The notes below the pieces were generated by a model. The model saw only the letters and a program-made list of their open reading frames with translations, did not search any database and was not told where the DNA came from. A stretch of 64,000 bases of DNA from Balanoglossus misakiensis (Eukaryota; Animalia; Hemichordata): the NCBI GenBank assembly GCA_040954595.2, contig CM082577.2, forward strand, positions 1,860,001 through 1,924,000. Direction: 5' to 3'. Shown piece by piece: positions 1 to 16,700 of the stretch (its first letter is position 1; each line of letters begins with the position of its first letter). A program made the position numbers and the translations under genes.

Positions 1-1003
1 GCAAAGATATACATACAGTATTGGCTGAGGGGACATGGGTTACGTTCTGTTTGTAATAATTTCCACCTACACAGAAGCTTGTGGTAACTTTTTTTTTCAT
101 CTTAGTCTTAGATAAAGGTTCAGTAAGTTTCAGTGGAATTGACATTGTACAGAAAATAGTCATGTTGTGACATGGCCATTTAAGTGTGCAGATTGCAAAT
201 GAAAATAATCAGTATACTTAGATATGATATCAATTAAGATTAAAATACTGGTTGGAAGATTATTAATTGGATTTACTAGTCAGTTAAGTTTGAATTTAGT
301 CAGCAATTTGTCCAGACAGGCTTCACCATGAGCAGATTAAAGCATTATCTTGATAAAGTCATACACATATAGAGTGTGTTGGTCTTGTGACAAGTAGTCG
401 GTCCTTCAGTTGAAAATTTGTTTTGTAATTACTTTACCTTGGCACATCTATGATTTATAGCATGATTTTCTCCACATTCAAAGTTAAAAAAACACTCAAA
501 ATTCAAGAGCAGGTTGAAGAAGTTAGTGGCAGGCTCATAGCTTTGTTGCTAAGGTTCTTTCATGTTTATTTGCTTGGCCTGTTTACACTTAACTTGTTGG
601 ACTTGACCTGTATATACCTGGACTTGGAGGTCACCATCTTGTTTCTGCAGAAGCCAGTGTTTCTATCCTGGCATTCTCATGGAGGTGGTTGTGATACCCT
701 ATTCGCAAGGAAAACAAAAGGTGTGAATTGTAAACAGATGAGGCCATAGATCAAACAGGTGGTGAAGCCATTTCTAGCCTGTATCCCCTGGGTAGATTGC
801 AACTGTTTGTTATTGTGTGACCATTTGGAGACAATCAACAACTGTTTACACCTGGGTTGGACACTACAGGAAGTTGGCCAGTTGGTGGTCTATGAGTAGG
901 CGTGGTTAATCAACCATCTGTGTTCATGAAGATTCGCTTCTGATACTTATTTTGAGAAATATTACAGTAGATACCATGTTTAATTTTCTTTTTCTGATTT
1001 CAG

Positions 1004-4000
1004 TTTCAGAAGATGGCAAGGCGGCCAACAACAGCAGCCAGACGTCCAAGTATTTCTGCAAAGCGGAATCTCTCAGCTCAGCGCCGTTCACGTGGCTGTT
1101 TATCCGTCCCCCGTGGTCGCCCAGTGGAACATGTTGCAAGGCCATGGTCTTCAACAACATGAAGAACCACTGCAAAGCACAGGTGTGTGTGCTGGTGTGA
1201 ATTCAAGATCTTGTCCTATATAACAATGATACAGCTATGCTATTCCTTGAGTTGTTTGTGCCCAAATATATATTTGTGAAATGTTGTCAACATGAAGAAC
1301 AGTAATCAAAGAATACACCAATATGTGTTAATTTATTTACCATTTTGTCCTCATTTCAGGCCTCAAGTTCATCAACAATGTATTGTATAGCAAAAATTCT
1401 AAGTTTGTTTGATGTAAGTAATTCTTTAACTTTCTGCTATTTTAACTTTTGAATTTATTGCAATTAATTTTGGGAACCTATAGTGGAGAAAATCTTGTAT
1501 GCTGCTTAATGCACAGCTGTAGTCTTTTTCATAATCACATGATAAATTTCTCTGCTGGCAGGATGAAACAAAGCAAAAAGAAGCCTTGGAATGGTATCAG
1601 GAAGCAACCAATCAGGGATCGCCACATGCTGCATTAGTCACATGGAGAAATGCACAAAATCAAAATGTAAGTGCAGACGACTGTCACTGAAACTTTTTCC
1701 CGCCAAAAATCCTTTGCTCAAAGATTTGACCTTTTCTGTAATTAAACATATTTTGTGCCAGGCAAACATCAATAGTTACAAATTTCTAACTGATAAATTC
1801 ATTCTTCGGTGTCTTTTTTTCTTCAGATATTGGATCCAGGCTGCAGTCTTAATAGCATCAGACAACTCAGGGAATGTGCAAATAATAGCTGTATTGACGT
1901 CAAGGTAGGCCAATAAACTTAATTATCACGTAAAGGAAAAAATGTGCTTTGGTAAAAGAGCTGATCATTATCTTTCTGCCTCAGACATTCTCATCAAAGA
2001 TATATATTTTTTCCCATTTCATGCGCAGCTGAATTTACTTGAGTGTTACGCCAAGGGTCAGTTTGGTGGACTGACCACGTCGCAGGTTGCCGAGAGCTTC
2101 TGTCGACTCGTGAAAAGTTCAAGGCCGATGGGATCCAACAATATGTTTCACCAGCAACAGAATCTCAATGCAAGTATGAGGTAAGTGAATCAGTAGATTT
2201 CGAACTTACTGAAGAAGTCATGATTAGCAGTTTGTATAATGTGTATACCTGCATTTTATTTGCAAATAGTCTGACTTTTTTTCTGTGGTTTCCACATAGG
2301 TATATATTAATCGACTGGTTGGTTGAGGTCACAGGGATGAAGGACTTTAGCAATCTGACGCTACACACAGCTGTGCAGTGTATCGACAGGTACCTTATGC
2401 TACAGCCTACCACTCGGTCAAACCTCCAACTTCTGGGAATTGCTGCAATGGTTATCTGTTCCAGGTGAGTGTTAGGGGGATAAAGCAGTCATTTTCTTTG
2501 TGAACATCTTTCTACTTGAAATCCTTGGGCCACTGAGGTTTTTAACCTTTTCTTGGATTGAAGTTAAAACAAACATTCTTGTTTCCTGTAGGTTGCTGGA
2601 GAAAGACATAATTACAATACGGGAAGCGGCATGGCTGACTGACGGCACATACTCTTATGAAGAGGTCGTCCGGATGATCGGCGAGATAGTGGCTGTTCTT
2701 CATGGACAGATTAGGGTAAGGAAGAACTGTGGGTAATGAGGCTTGGACCATCAGTGAATATGGTTTGACAAGTTGTCCATGATCTTACATGTATTTGTAG
2801 TTTGGTGTGGTTATAGACTTCGGCACATGCTGACTGTTAGGTTATTTTCTTGCACAGGTTGTCACGGTAGTGGACTACCTGAAGCTGTTCTGCAGCCTGG
2901 CAGCGGTGGACAAACAGACAGAGTACCTAGCGATGTTCCTGGCAGAGATGACATTGCTATACACGGAATTTGGCGTGCATTCATCGGCTACCATTGCTGC
3001 AAGTGCAGTCTTTCTTTCAAGGATGTTACTTCTCCAAGGTGAGTCTTGCCAACGCGGTAAATAACAACTTCATATTCAGTTCATGTTTTTGGAGACATCT
3101 TCATTGGTAAGGGTTTGATTTAATTTTAATTTAATTTTGTTTGATAGATTTTCCATGGCCAGCCCACATGACAGGATTTACCGGTTACAAAGTTGAAGAC
3201 ATAACGCCGTGCACATTGATGTTATTCAAGAAATGGTAAGATTGTTTTTCAGAGCTACTTGCCAAATTGGATTTTTTTCCTGGGGTTTTATTTTGTTCAC
3301 ATGATTTGTCAAACTCAAGCAGTCTGTTACCCTACTCTAATGTTGTGAAAATATGTGCCATTTATCATATTCTTAATATTCAAATGACTGGCAAAAGCAC
3401 CTGTCATCCAGTGCACCAATATACTATTATGTATGCCCGAAGGTCTCACAGATTCCCCAAAGGGCCATTGCTGTCAGTTTAATTTCATATACTAAATTTT
3501 TGCAGTTTTGTCGAGCCGTCGCTGACCGATCACCGAGATGTGACACTGATGGCGGTAAAGCAGAGGTACTCTGAACGGGATTACATGGAGGTTGCCAAGA
3601 TGGACGTCATGAAGTACACAGAGTTGTGTAATCTGTTGGGTGCTCAGCCGAAGGCAGTGTTTGACGACGACGACTTATCAAGTCCCGAGGAGGAGGAGGA
3701 GCCGTGCCAGATGGACTTCCTGTCGCCGAACAAGCACAGGTAAAAGAGAGATCTTCGCCAATTTTGCTCGAATTGCATTTGTATAGTCAAACCTGTTTTT
3801 TTTTTTGATCTGCACCGTTAATTTCACAACCCAGGCTTAATCAGTTTCACTTCCCTCGCTTTCCAGGATGGACCAAGCGGAACTGAGCAAAGATCGCGAC
3901 AGCATGGTCGTCACCCCGATTGTAGAGTTGTCGGAGAGTCGCGACAACAGCGTCTTGGCGGGTGAACTCAGCAATGTGAGTTTCGACTCGGTTGGCACGG

Positions 4001-4565
4001 GATACGAAGGCGATAGAGAGAGTGAAGGAGAAATGGAGGTTGATGAAGAAGGAGGTAGTTATTCACATTATTATTTGTTTGTTCAATGGCCATGAGATTA
4101 ACCGTCCCATGCAATTAAGTTGAACATTAGGGAGCATTAAATCTTTTTTGTTTTTTGTTGGCAGACTGGTGCATGGATACCACCATCCATGTGGATGAAC
4201 CGAAAGACATATCAGCCAAACTGGCATCAAATACCTTCAGTGCAATAGTTGCCGTGGACACGCTCAGGAGTGGCCACAACTCCGAAGACACGAGCAACAG
4301 CGACCTTGCCTCTCCGCCGGCCTGCTTCAAGGTCAGGGCCAAGGGCAACCTGGAAGGAGCCAGTCCAAGCCCCAGCTCAGCAAGGTCGTACCGCATCAAC
4401 GCAGGCGGCAAACTCTCGCCCTGCAAGAATTCAGTACTGCAGCCAGTGCAGAACGTCTACTCGGGACGCCTGCGAAGACACGGCAAAGGGGTGCAGCACA
4501 AAAACGTGACACACAGACAGCCGAGGACTTTCGGTCTCGAAAACAGTCTGAACCTTGAACTATAG
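1004..4565 (+). CDS. CCNF: Cyclin F (FBXO1), 5'-partial, 12 visible exons: 1004-1182, 1360-1413, 1562-1666, 1827-1904, 2029-2180, 2300-2464, 2592-2715, 2858-3038, 3148-3235, 3506-3739, 3867-4054, 4165-4565
   Basis: Cyclin F-specific motif APFTWLFIRPPWSPSGTCCKA; cyclin box MRYILIDWLVEV...LHTAVQCIDRYL...LQLLGIAAMVICSR; C-terminal acidic/PEST region with GYEGDRESEGE. GT-AG junctions keep the frame. The F-box exons lie upstream of the window. Confidence 0.93.
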
Positions 4566-5914
4566 CGTGAAGAAAGCAAGAAGCTATTTTCTGTCAAATG
4601 AAATCATTTTTCATTCAACAATGCAATTTATTGGGGTGCTTTCCCTCCCCGAAAGAAATCTTTATCAATGAATTTTTCGTGTTCCATTCACAAATTCTAA
4701 ATATGAGATTGCATGATTCTATCTTTTAAAAATATGTGCAACTTGTCCATAAACTGTAACCCCATTCCAAAGATTTTATCTCCAGATCTTTTTGCAACTT
4801 GGAAAAATTGTCCCTTTGAAATGCTTTGTGATTTTTCTTGCCAAATCATGACTTTTTTGTGATGTATAAAGTTCTGTACAGAAATTTTTGACAGAAGTCA
4901 GAGTTTCGTTCTTGTCTTTCTTGCAAAAAATGTGCTGTTTGATTTTATTTTTTATTTAATATAATCTCAGTAGTATGGACTGACATGTGATTGTTTTTTT
5001 ATTCAAAACAAATAATTGCATAATTGGATAAGAGACAGCTCGAATGATTTGTGTGCTCCCATGAATGCAGCATTCCAATTTTCTGATCGAATAGAAACTC
5101 GTAGGTCACCGCTGTTACAGAGTCAGCTAGCATTATTTGGTGCAATATTGCTGGGGATTAGTGTGGTTAGATGTAGCCTCACTCATTAGAAAGCTAAAAC
5201 ACTGCCTGAAACTGGTTTGAACAAATAGGCCGTAGCTCTGCCTACAAAAGTGTAGTTTTCATTCAGTCTGTTTAAAAAGCAATCTGTAACATTGTATGTG
5301 TGGTCTAGAATTAAGCCACTCATTTTGGGCTGAGTATCGTGCAACACCAAAATCTGGCTAAAGTCTAGACTATTTTGTCTGTGGTACATATGTGCAAATG
5401 TTGAAAATAGACTTTGCATGAAATATACTCGAAAAGATCTTATGTTAAAGAAACATTACGTGTGGTTGATTGGTTTTGTGTGCAGAACACCGCTTACTGC
5501 TAATGCCTAAATGTTCTTCCAGTTTCTGAAGAAAAAAAATTAGCAAAAGTCATAGCAATATTTGCAATCTCCTGCAACATTATTAATACGGTGATATAGA
5601 GATAAAATTTTGTCTATTTATAATTGATTTACTATATTTTAAAGAAATACAAAAAAATTTTTCTTTTCCAGTTATCCAAGAACTTTATTTCTCAAAATGT
5701 CGCCAGTTCGGGTGACCATCACTGAAATATTTTTAAAGTTAACTGTAGTCTTATTTCGTAGTGTATTTATTATGTTATTGAGTACATAGATTCCTATTGT
5801 TTTCTTCCAGTGTTACTAACTTGATAATGCAATCACTACAAAGAGGAAATATATTTTTTATGAGTGCGGAGAATCGTGTGATTCAAATGCTGAGAGGATG
5901 TGATTGGGGTTTAA

Positions 5915-6007
5915 CAACCCTTTCACCACCATGGAACGGTCCATCCATTCATTGTTTTCTGTGATAAAGGTGGACCTTTATAAAAGGAAATGGGGGTGAA
6001 AGGGTTG
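5915..6007. mobile_element. Short MITE with terminal inverted repeats (piggyBac-like family, copy 1)
   Basis: CAACCCTTTCACC...GGTGAAAGGGTTG inverted ends; internal sequence shared with the copies at 44258 and 62393. Confidence 0.7.
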
Positions 6008-6104
6008 ATGAGCTAGTGAGCAGAAAGGTTAAATTTTGGCTGCAAATTGTTCAGTTTCGTGTTTTTTACATGGTGTTCGTCTTCTAGTTGTAAATTTGTT
6101 ATTT

Positions 6105-6118
6105 GTTACCATGGCAAC
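6105..6118. promoter_or_regulatory. RFX X-box motif (GTTACCATGGCAAC)
   Basis: Exact match to GTNRCC-AT-RGYAAC, located downstream of the CCNF stop codon; function unproven. Confidence 0.35.
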
Positions 6119-8283
6119 AATCTTCTGTCCTCTTGAAAGAAAAATTTAACAGAGTTGCAAGACCTGCAGTGCCACTCTTTCAAAGTCAATACAATTTTCA
6201 CACAGCAGTACAGCTTTGAAGAAATGCTTGGTTGGGATTTGGGGATCTGTTTTGGTCTCAGAGCAGACATCCCGCTGTTTTCCTTCCAAAATTATTGCCA
6301 AATCAGTTGAATATTTGGTAGGTAACAAAATGTGTTTGAGAATTTTGGCGGGAAAGAATTGGCTGTGAAAGGTTGACACTGCAAGTCACACAAACCAATG
6401 AACTCTCTGCTTAGAGCAATCATGACTGTCAATCGAATCTGCCTTCTTACAATCAGTGTAAAAATGAAAATTTACGGTTTGTGTCCAAGTTTTTGTAGAT
6501 GACTATCTCCTTGTACTGAAATACTAACATTATAAATGTAGAATTTACCGTAATTTGGTGCTGATTATATGAAGGAAATGTTGAAAAGCCAGTTGTTTTA
6601 CATCCACATTACAATTTGGGCAAATTTCTGCAAAAGCAGAATGTTTCAAGTGTTGTACGACTTTCAGCATTTTGAAATTCAAACTAATCTAATCTCTGGT
6701 TTCAAATTAGAAGATGTTTGTGTTCAGTAGATACAGTTTATTGAAAAATCAGTATTTTTAACCAAGGTGTATCAGAGGCAGGGCTTCCCATTTTATTATC
6801 TTGGCGGAGACATAACCACTGGTTACTCAGCTCATGTTGAATTCGTTGTTTCCAGTTGCAGACGACATAACTTAAACCTCTGCGGAATGAAACTGCACAA
6901 ATGGTCGTCTCATACGCAATCTAGTTCGACTGCCTCATTCTGTAGATACACACAAGCAGATTGCAAGACAAGTTGATATGTGGAGGTACAACTGGGCCAC
7001 AAAGCTGCTGTAAAAAAAATCTGATGTACATAGAAATTAAAATAATTGTCGGCAATCATCCATCGGGTTGCTGTATAAAAATCCAGTATTTTTTTTATAA
7101 TTCTTGAAGTTTGTTTTTTTGTAGAAGACTTTGGTGTATATTCTTCAAAGTACTATGTATATGTAATTATGAAGAAAAATTAAATTACATTCCTTTTTTT
7201 CTATACAAGAGGGCTGTTTTTTTTCATTTACCACACGATATAAAACAGCCAAGACCTTGTTGTTTCCATAATCATTTTTATGGTATCAAAATCACGAAAA
7301 AACATCCATTCACTGGTTGTAGTACATTCCAGGGGTAAATAGACAATTATTATTTTTACAACTGAAGAAAAAGTTCAGCTGAGAATGAAAATGACAAATA
7401 AAATGTAATACCTATCTGTTAAGATAAAGTAAATAAAGCCACCTTTAAAAATAAATACTGTAAATATGGGAAACCTCAAAAGAAATACAGATCTGTGTCA
7501 AGTTTCTCCTGATACCATAAAATTATCAAATGTTACAGGTATCCCAATCCCTCCCAAAAGATTTTTAGGATGAAAATGTGGCAATGACAAGTGTTTTCTG
7601 ATTGGTTCAAATGAGTCAATGGCAAGGAATGGTCATTTTCAAGCCAATCAACCGGTGGTTAACACTGATTTATACAACTGAAGAAAAATACATTGATTCA
7701 CATTCACCTGCATTTAAGTTTTACTGAACAAATATTTCAACAAGAAAATAATTCTATAAAATGTCTGAGTTTTCATCAATGATTGTTTCCACCAATAAAT
7801 ATGTAATTGTAAATCTCTATTATAGTGACATCACTATGCCACGAGTACAGGTAGAAGTATTGGTGGTTCCCTGTTCGAATGTTGTGGTTTTCAAACTGAT
7901 AGTCTGGTTGCTGCTGATTAAAAACATGACTAGTACTTGTACTATAAGCAACTTGCTCAACTCCTGCACCAGACCAAGTCTGTGAGTTGAACTGGACTGG
8001 TGTCGTAAAACCAACAACAAAAAGATTGTTCAAGAGATGACAGCTGACAGCGCCATGTTGAATACGAGAATGAAAAACATCAAAGAGGCCGGATGTGTTC
8101 TGGAAATTCCTTGATTGCCTTTAGAAATCAAACAGAAATTTCCACAATGTTCAAACTGAGCTACATCCTTGCAGCATGTCAAAAGCACCAGTCTCTTTAC
8201 TTGGCACTCTATGGACAACATTCAACAGTTTTTAAGGAGCGAGAGACACCAGGCACTGTCGTTCCGTGTCTTTCTATTCCTTC

Positions 8284-8907
8284 TTATTCCTTCTCAATTA
8301 TTTCCTCTCCTCCACTGGCGTCTTCCACTTGGGATTTTTCCTTGTTTTTCAGCGTCTCGTTGATCTTCTTCCGGGTGCACTGCATCATGTCCATGGTCAG
8401 ATTGATGGTGAACCAGGCCAAGGCCAGCAGAGCGGTCAACCCCAGAGCCAGCAGGCAGATGAAGACCAGTACTCCAGACATGACCACTCCGGCCAGGGTC
8501 ATCAGCGTGCCTGTCACAATGTCAAGTACAGCATTTTGTCAATCTTTAAATTTCATGAAAATGCGGTTTAACTGAAATTCAACAATTATTTACACAGACA
8601 GTGCAGTGGTTGCAAAAAGACAGGAGGAACAGCACTTACCTTCAACAAACACAAAACCTATGAAGCTGACACAGAGAGTCGTCACGACGAAAAAGATGAA
8701 ACCCACTATCGGCACGCTGGCCATCGCTATGACAACTGCACAAAACACGGTGAGAAGAGGATGTTCCTGAGCAAACTCCATGGCCTGGGCCGAGACTTCT
8801 TTCAAATGCAGTCTCTGTCCGACCATATTGGTCAAGTTGTTCAGTCTCTCTGACAGCATCTCTGGGGTGATTTTATTGGGGATGGGCCGGGTGGATTCCG
8901 ATGACAT
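8284..8907 (-). CDS. LDAF1: Lipid droplet assembly factor 1 / promethin (TMEM159); coding exons 8907-8640 and 8510-8284; probable non-coding first exon with donor at 9341
   Basis: HPLLTVFCAVVIAMASVPIVGFIFFVVTTLCVSFIGFVFVEG-TLMTLAGVVMSGVLVFICLLAL is a long double-hairpin hydrophobic stretch matching the promethin pattern HP..L......S.VP.GFF...V.T........EG. A phase-1 GT-AG intron joins the two ORFs in frame. Confidence 0.8.
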
Positions 8908-9341
8908 GGTGATTTCTTCAGTTATGTGCCTGCAGGCAAATCATAGCAGATAATATCCTTTATTTGAAGTATTAAATCTTGTTCCAGATATATTATAGAC
9001 TAGTGGTATGTTCTCAAAGACAAGAATATTTAAAAATACTATTACATGTATTACAGTAACTATACTGTCTGTGTTTTTACTTGAAGTTGTACATGTAGAA
9101 GAACAAAGTATTAGTTTGATCATTCTTGTATTTGAGAACAAAAATACGATGATGAAATCGTGAAATCGAGATGAGTCTATTAGGAACAAATTCCTTGACG
9201 TACACACATTTATTATAATCATTTGTTGTCTCATTGAGGGGCTCAGCAGCACGCTCTGCCTTCGTATCTCTCATGTCCCGCTATCATAATCTTATCAGTT
9301 CCATTACGTAAACTATAATCGAGTAAAACTTGGAGACCTAC

Positions 9342-9439
9342 CTGTATACCTAAACTGTGTACGAGTGTCGTATAATGTCAGCTTACAGGTGTAACGTCAC
9401 TTCCGCAGTATGAGGTCATCGGGGTCAAACCCATCCAAG

Positions 9440-9440
<1 letters not shown>
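9342..9440. promoter_or_regulatory. Compact bidirectional promoter between LDAF1 and YARS2
   Basis: A minus-strand donor (CAG|GTAGGT at 9342/9341) and the plus-strand ATG at 9440 are about 100 bp apart. Contains CGTCACTTCCG (CRE half-site plus ETS composite) and a YY1-like CAAGATGG over the ATG. Confidence 0.6.
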
Positions 9441-13356
<3,916 letters not shown>

Positions 13357-13456
13357 AAAATACTGCTCTGAAGTGATATAAACAATCTTCATAGCTGAGC
13401 ACACCATCTACAGATAAAGGAAATGCACACTCAAATCCTTGTCTTTTTCTGTCACT

Positions 13457-13471
13457 TTTATTGCAAATAAA
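13457..13471. terminator. Back-to-back polyadenylation signals for CCDC40 (minus strand, 13457-13462) and YARS2 (plus strand, 13466-13471)
   Basis: TTTATT-GCA-AATAAA between the two convergent stop codons (13356 and 13797). Confidence 0.55.
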
Positions 13472-13796
13472 ATACACAATAAAAAGCTACAAAATTTACA
13501 CAGTGGAATTTGGATAAATTATGCACATCATCTGACATGACTTCACATCGTGGTTTTAGTACAACTCCATCAATTACGTAATATGTACAAAACGGGAACT
13601 AAGTCGTCGCTCGCAATCAGACATCTAGTATGTACATGTATACATTGTCAGTTACTTGAATCGGTTACTGGAATCATAGATAAGTGGACGGTGCACAGTA
13701 ACCCATCATGCTATCCCCCTCCCCCACACTTGAAATGGTTTAGTCCATCACTGTAAGAACTGGAATGTTCTATTTCAAATCAGAGGGGTGAGCACT

Positions 13797-16700
13797 TCAG
13801 TAGTCGTCTGCCGGTAGTCCGCGGGAGCCGAGGGACAATGAGACTTTGCGCAGCGCCGGTTGTATGTGCGGATACTCCTGGTTCATTTTGTCGACAATGG
13901 TGGTCAGCGTCTGCATGCGGTCGACCTGTTTCTGCGTCTCTGTCTCCAGCGCCTGTTCCGTCTTGCACAGCATAGTGTACTTGCCGTCCTTCAGGGCGTG
14001 GTGGTGCTTCAGTTTCTGCTGCCTGGCAATCAGGTCGGCCATGTTCTGGAAAGGGGTAGAGAGAAAACACACTCGGTCAGCGACGCGGGTGATAAAGACT
14101 AGCAATGGCAGCATATGTCAAAGTGAAGGTGGGCAATGTGGGTATGTCTTGTACGTTTTCACAGCAACTCACCCTTTGTTTGATTTCCATGAGTTGTTCA
14201 ATGTCCCCATCGAAGGTGTCAGCCTGGCCCTGCAGCTGTTGATACGTGGTTTGCTTCTCTTCCAGCTGTTGGCTCAGCTGTTGCTGATGACCTCTCAACT
14301 CTCCAATGTCCCCATCACATGCACCGGCATCCTGCAACACACACAGGGTCAAAGTTCAAAGCTTTCTACAGTAATTGCTGAAACTTAGCACTGATTTTAC
14401 GCAGCATTTCAGTCCGAAACAGACAAAATGAAATGATACGTTTGGTGAAGTTGCTCAATGCTGAAAAAATTTAACAAAACATCATGAATGCATTTTTTTA
14501 CCCACCTGTTGCACTTGTCTGATTTTCTTTTTCATCTCAGCCAACTTCTTCTTGAAGGTGCCTTTAGTTTCTACTTTCTTGTTCATCTTGGCCTGGGCGT
14601 CGCCTCTGGTTACTATGGTGTCGCGCCGGGAGACGGCCTTCTCCATGTCCTGGATCATTTTCTCCTGTTGCTTCATCAGCTGTGTGTAGCGCACCTGCAT
14701 TCGGTGGATTTCCGCTTTCATGGCACGGATCTCGCCCTGGCCTACCTCCGAGTCGACTGCGGCCTTAGCCTCCCGAGCCAGCTGTGTCTTCTTCTCCCAC
14801 AGCATGATTTGGCGCCTGGAAGAATTGCAGCAAAAAGAAGTGTTAGCCATACAACTACAGTCAAACCTGTGTTTGTGGCCACCTCTATATAGTGGCCACA
14901 TTATTCAGTTACTGTGCAGTTTACATGTGCATTAATTGACCTGTCTATAAAGGCCAGTATGGGAAAGTCCCTTGAGTGGCTGCTATAGGCAGTATCGACT
15001 GTAGTTTGAAATGACAATGAAGGACAATTTTCAGTCAGTGTCCATGGCATGGTAATACCATAAGACTGCATTTGGGAACTTACTCAGCTTCTACAAGACT
15101 GTTGAGAAGTCTTTCTTTCTCCTCTGTAAGTTCTTCCACAGTGGTCTGCATGTGGATAGACTCATGCTCTGCTTCCTGTCAACATAAGAACATTCAAATA
15201 TCAATAGATGGTTTTTCGCTCATTGCGAGATCTCGCAAGACTTGGTTCACTGCTGTAGCAACAAGACAACCTTTCAAATAAATTAGAAACCCAATATGGG
15301 TTCATAGAACTTTGGTACACCTTACCCTCAGACTTTGCATGAAATCACTTTCAACCAGTACATTGCCTTGTTCCAAATCTTGTTTGAGTTTCCCTTCCTT
15401 GGTCAGCAGTGTGTTCAGTTTGATCATGTCATTCTGCATGTTGCGGATATTTCTCTGAATATCGTCCTCCTCCTTGTTATGTGTGCTGATTTCATCTGAA
15501 GAACATATTACAATGAATGTTAGTCTTCAACAGAATGGCAGAAAGAGCAGACTTTGTAAGCAACTGCCAGTGAGTATTCAGGCACGACATTTTCACCAAC
15601 TTACTTTCAATTCTAAGTTTCTTCTGGTGCAGGATAGTCAGCGCTTTCTTCATGGTCTGCACCTCAGTTTCTTGGCCGTCTTTCTCCTTGGTCAGTTTGA
15701 CCAACTCGTTCTGCTGTCTCAGCCAGAACTGTTGCAGGTCAGCGATCTCCTGCGATCTTTGGTCAATGGACTTGGTCAGCGCATTGATCTCTTGCTCCAA
15801 GGGACCGAGTTCTTCGCCCTGGTGATGGGGAAAAAATTGTCATTGATTACTCCACTGTGAAAGTTTGTGATTTGTACATAAGAATGTACGCACTGTAGTT
15901 TTGTAAATATTTTCATGATGTCTGAAGTAACAACTTACTCCCTGAGCACTGGCGATGGCCTCGATCTTCTTATTATACTGGTCAATCTGACCCTGCTTCC
16001 TCTCAATCACAGCATTTCGCTTGACGATTTCGTTTTCGCTCTTAGAGATGATCTCGTTTTTCTCCCGGATTTCGTCGTCCATGTCAACCAGGATCCTCTT
16101 GAGTCTCTCACACCTCGTAACCGTGTGCGACAGTTCTAGTGTATCTCTGGCAATCTCATTTTCCACTTGTGCCATGGATGACTCCTAGCAAAATGAAAAA
16201 AAATCAAGAACAATTTTTAGGATGCGATGTCTGAAGAAAAGGAACGAACCTCACTACTCTTTGCACTGAACGTTTATTACTCAGTTCTCTTTACTGTTCA
16301 GGTGGAGAGTCAGAGAAAGTTGGCCCGCAGGCCTAAAACTCCATGCTGGGTTAAATTTGGTTATGATATCAGAAAACAGAAGACATGACAGATATTTTGC
16401 TTTAAAACATAACAAGGCCCCAATGATGACAGGCAATATAGGGAAAGCATAATAAACATTGCAAAAATACCTGATCACGAGTCCTTCCGCGGAGCTTGTC
16501 TGTCATTTTCTTGGTGTAGAGTGCAGCTTTATCCATCGTCAATTCCTCCCTCAGTTTTTCCATGATGGCATCCTCCAGTCGTACTTTCTCCTGGTATTCC
16601 CTCTCGATCTGCTTCCTGAGAGCATTCAGTTCATTCATGCGGAGACTACGATCCTGTGAGAATGAATGTAAGAGATGGATATCAATTCCTTCAAGATCTT

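Noticed and set aside
15223-15238. Perfect 16-bp palindrome TTGCGAGATCTCGCAA in a CCDC40 intron
   Set aside because: A single isolated occurrence with no supporting context.
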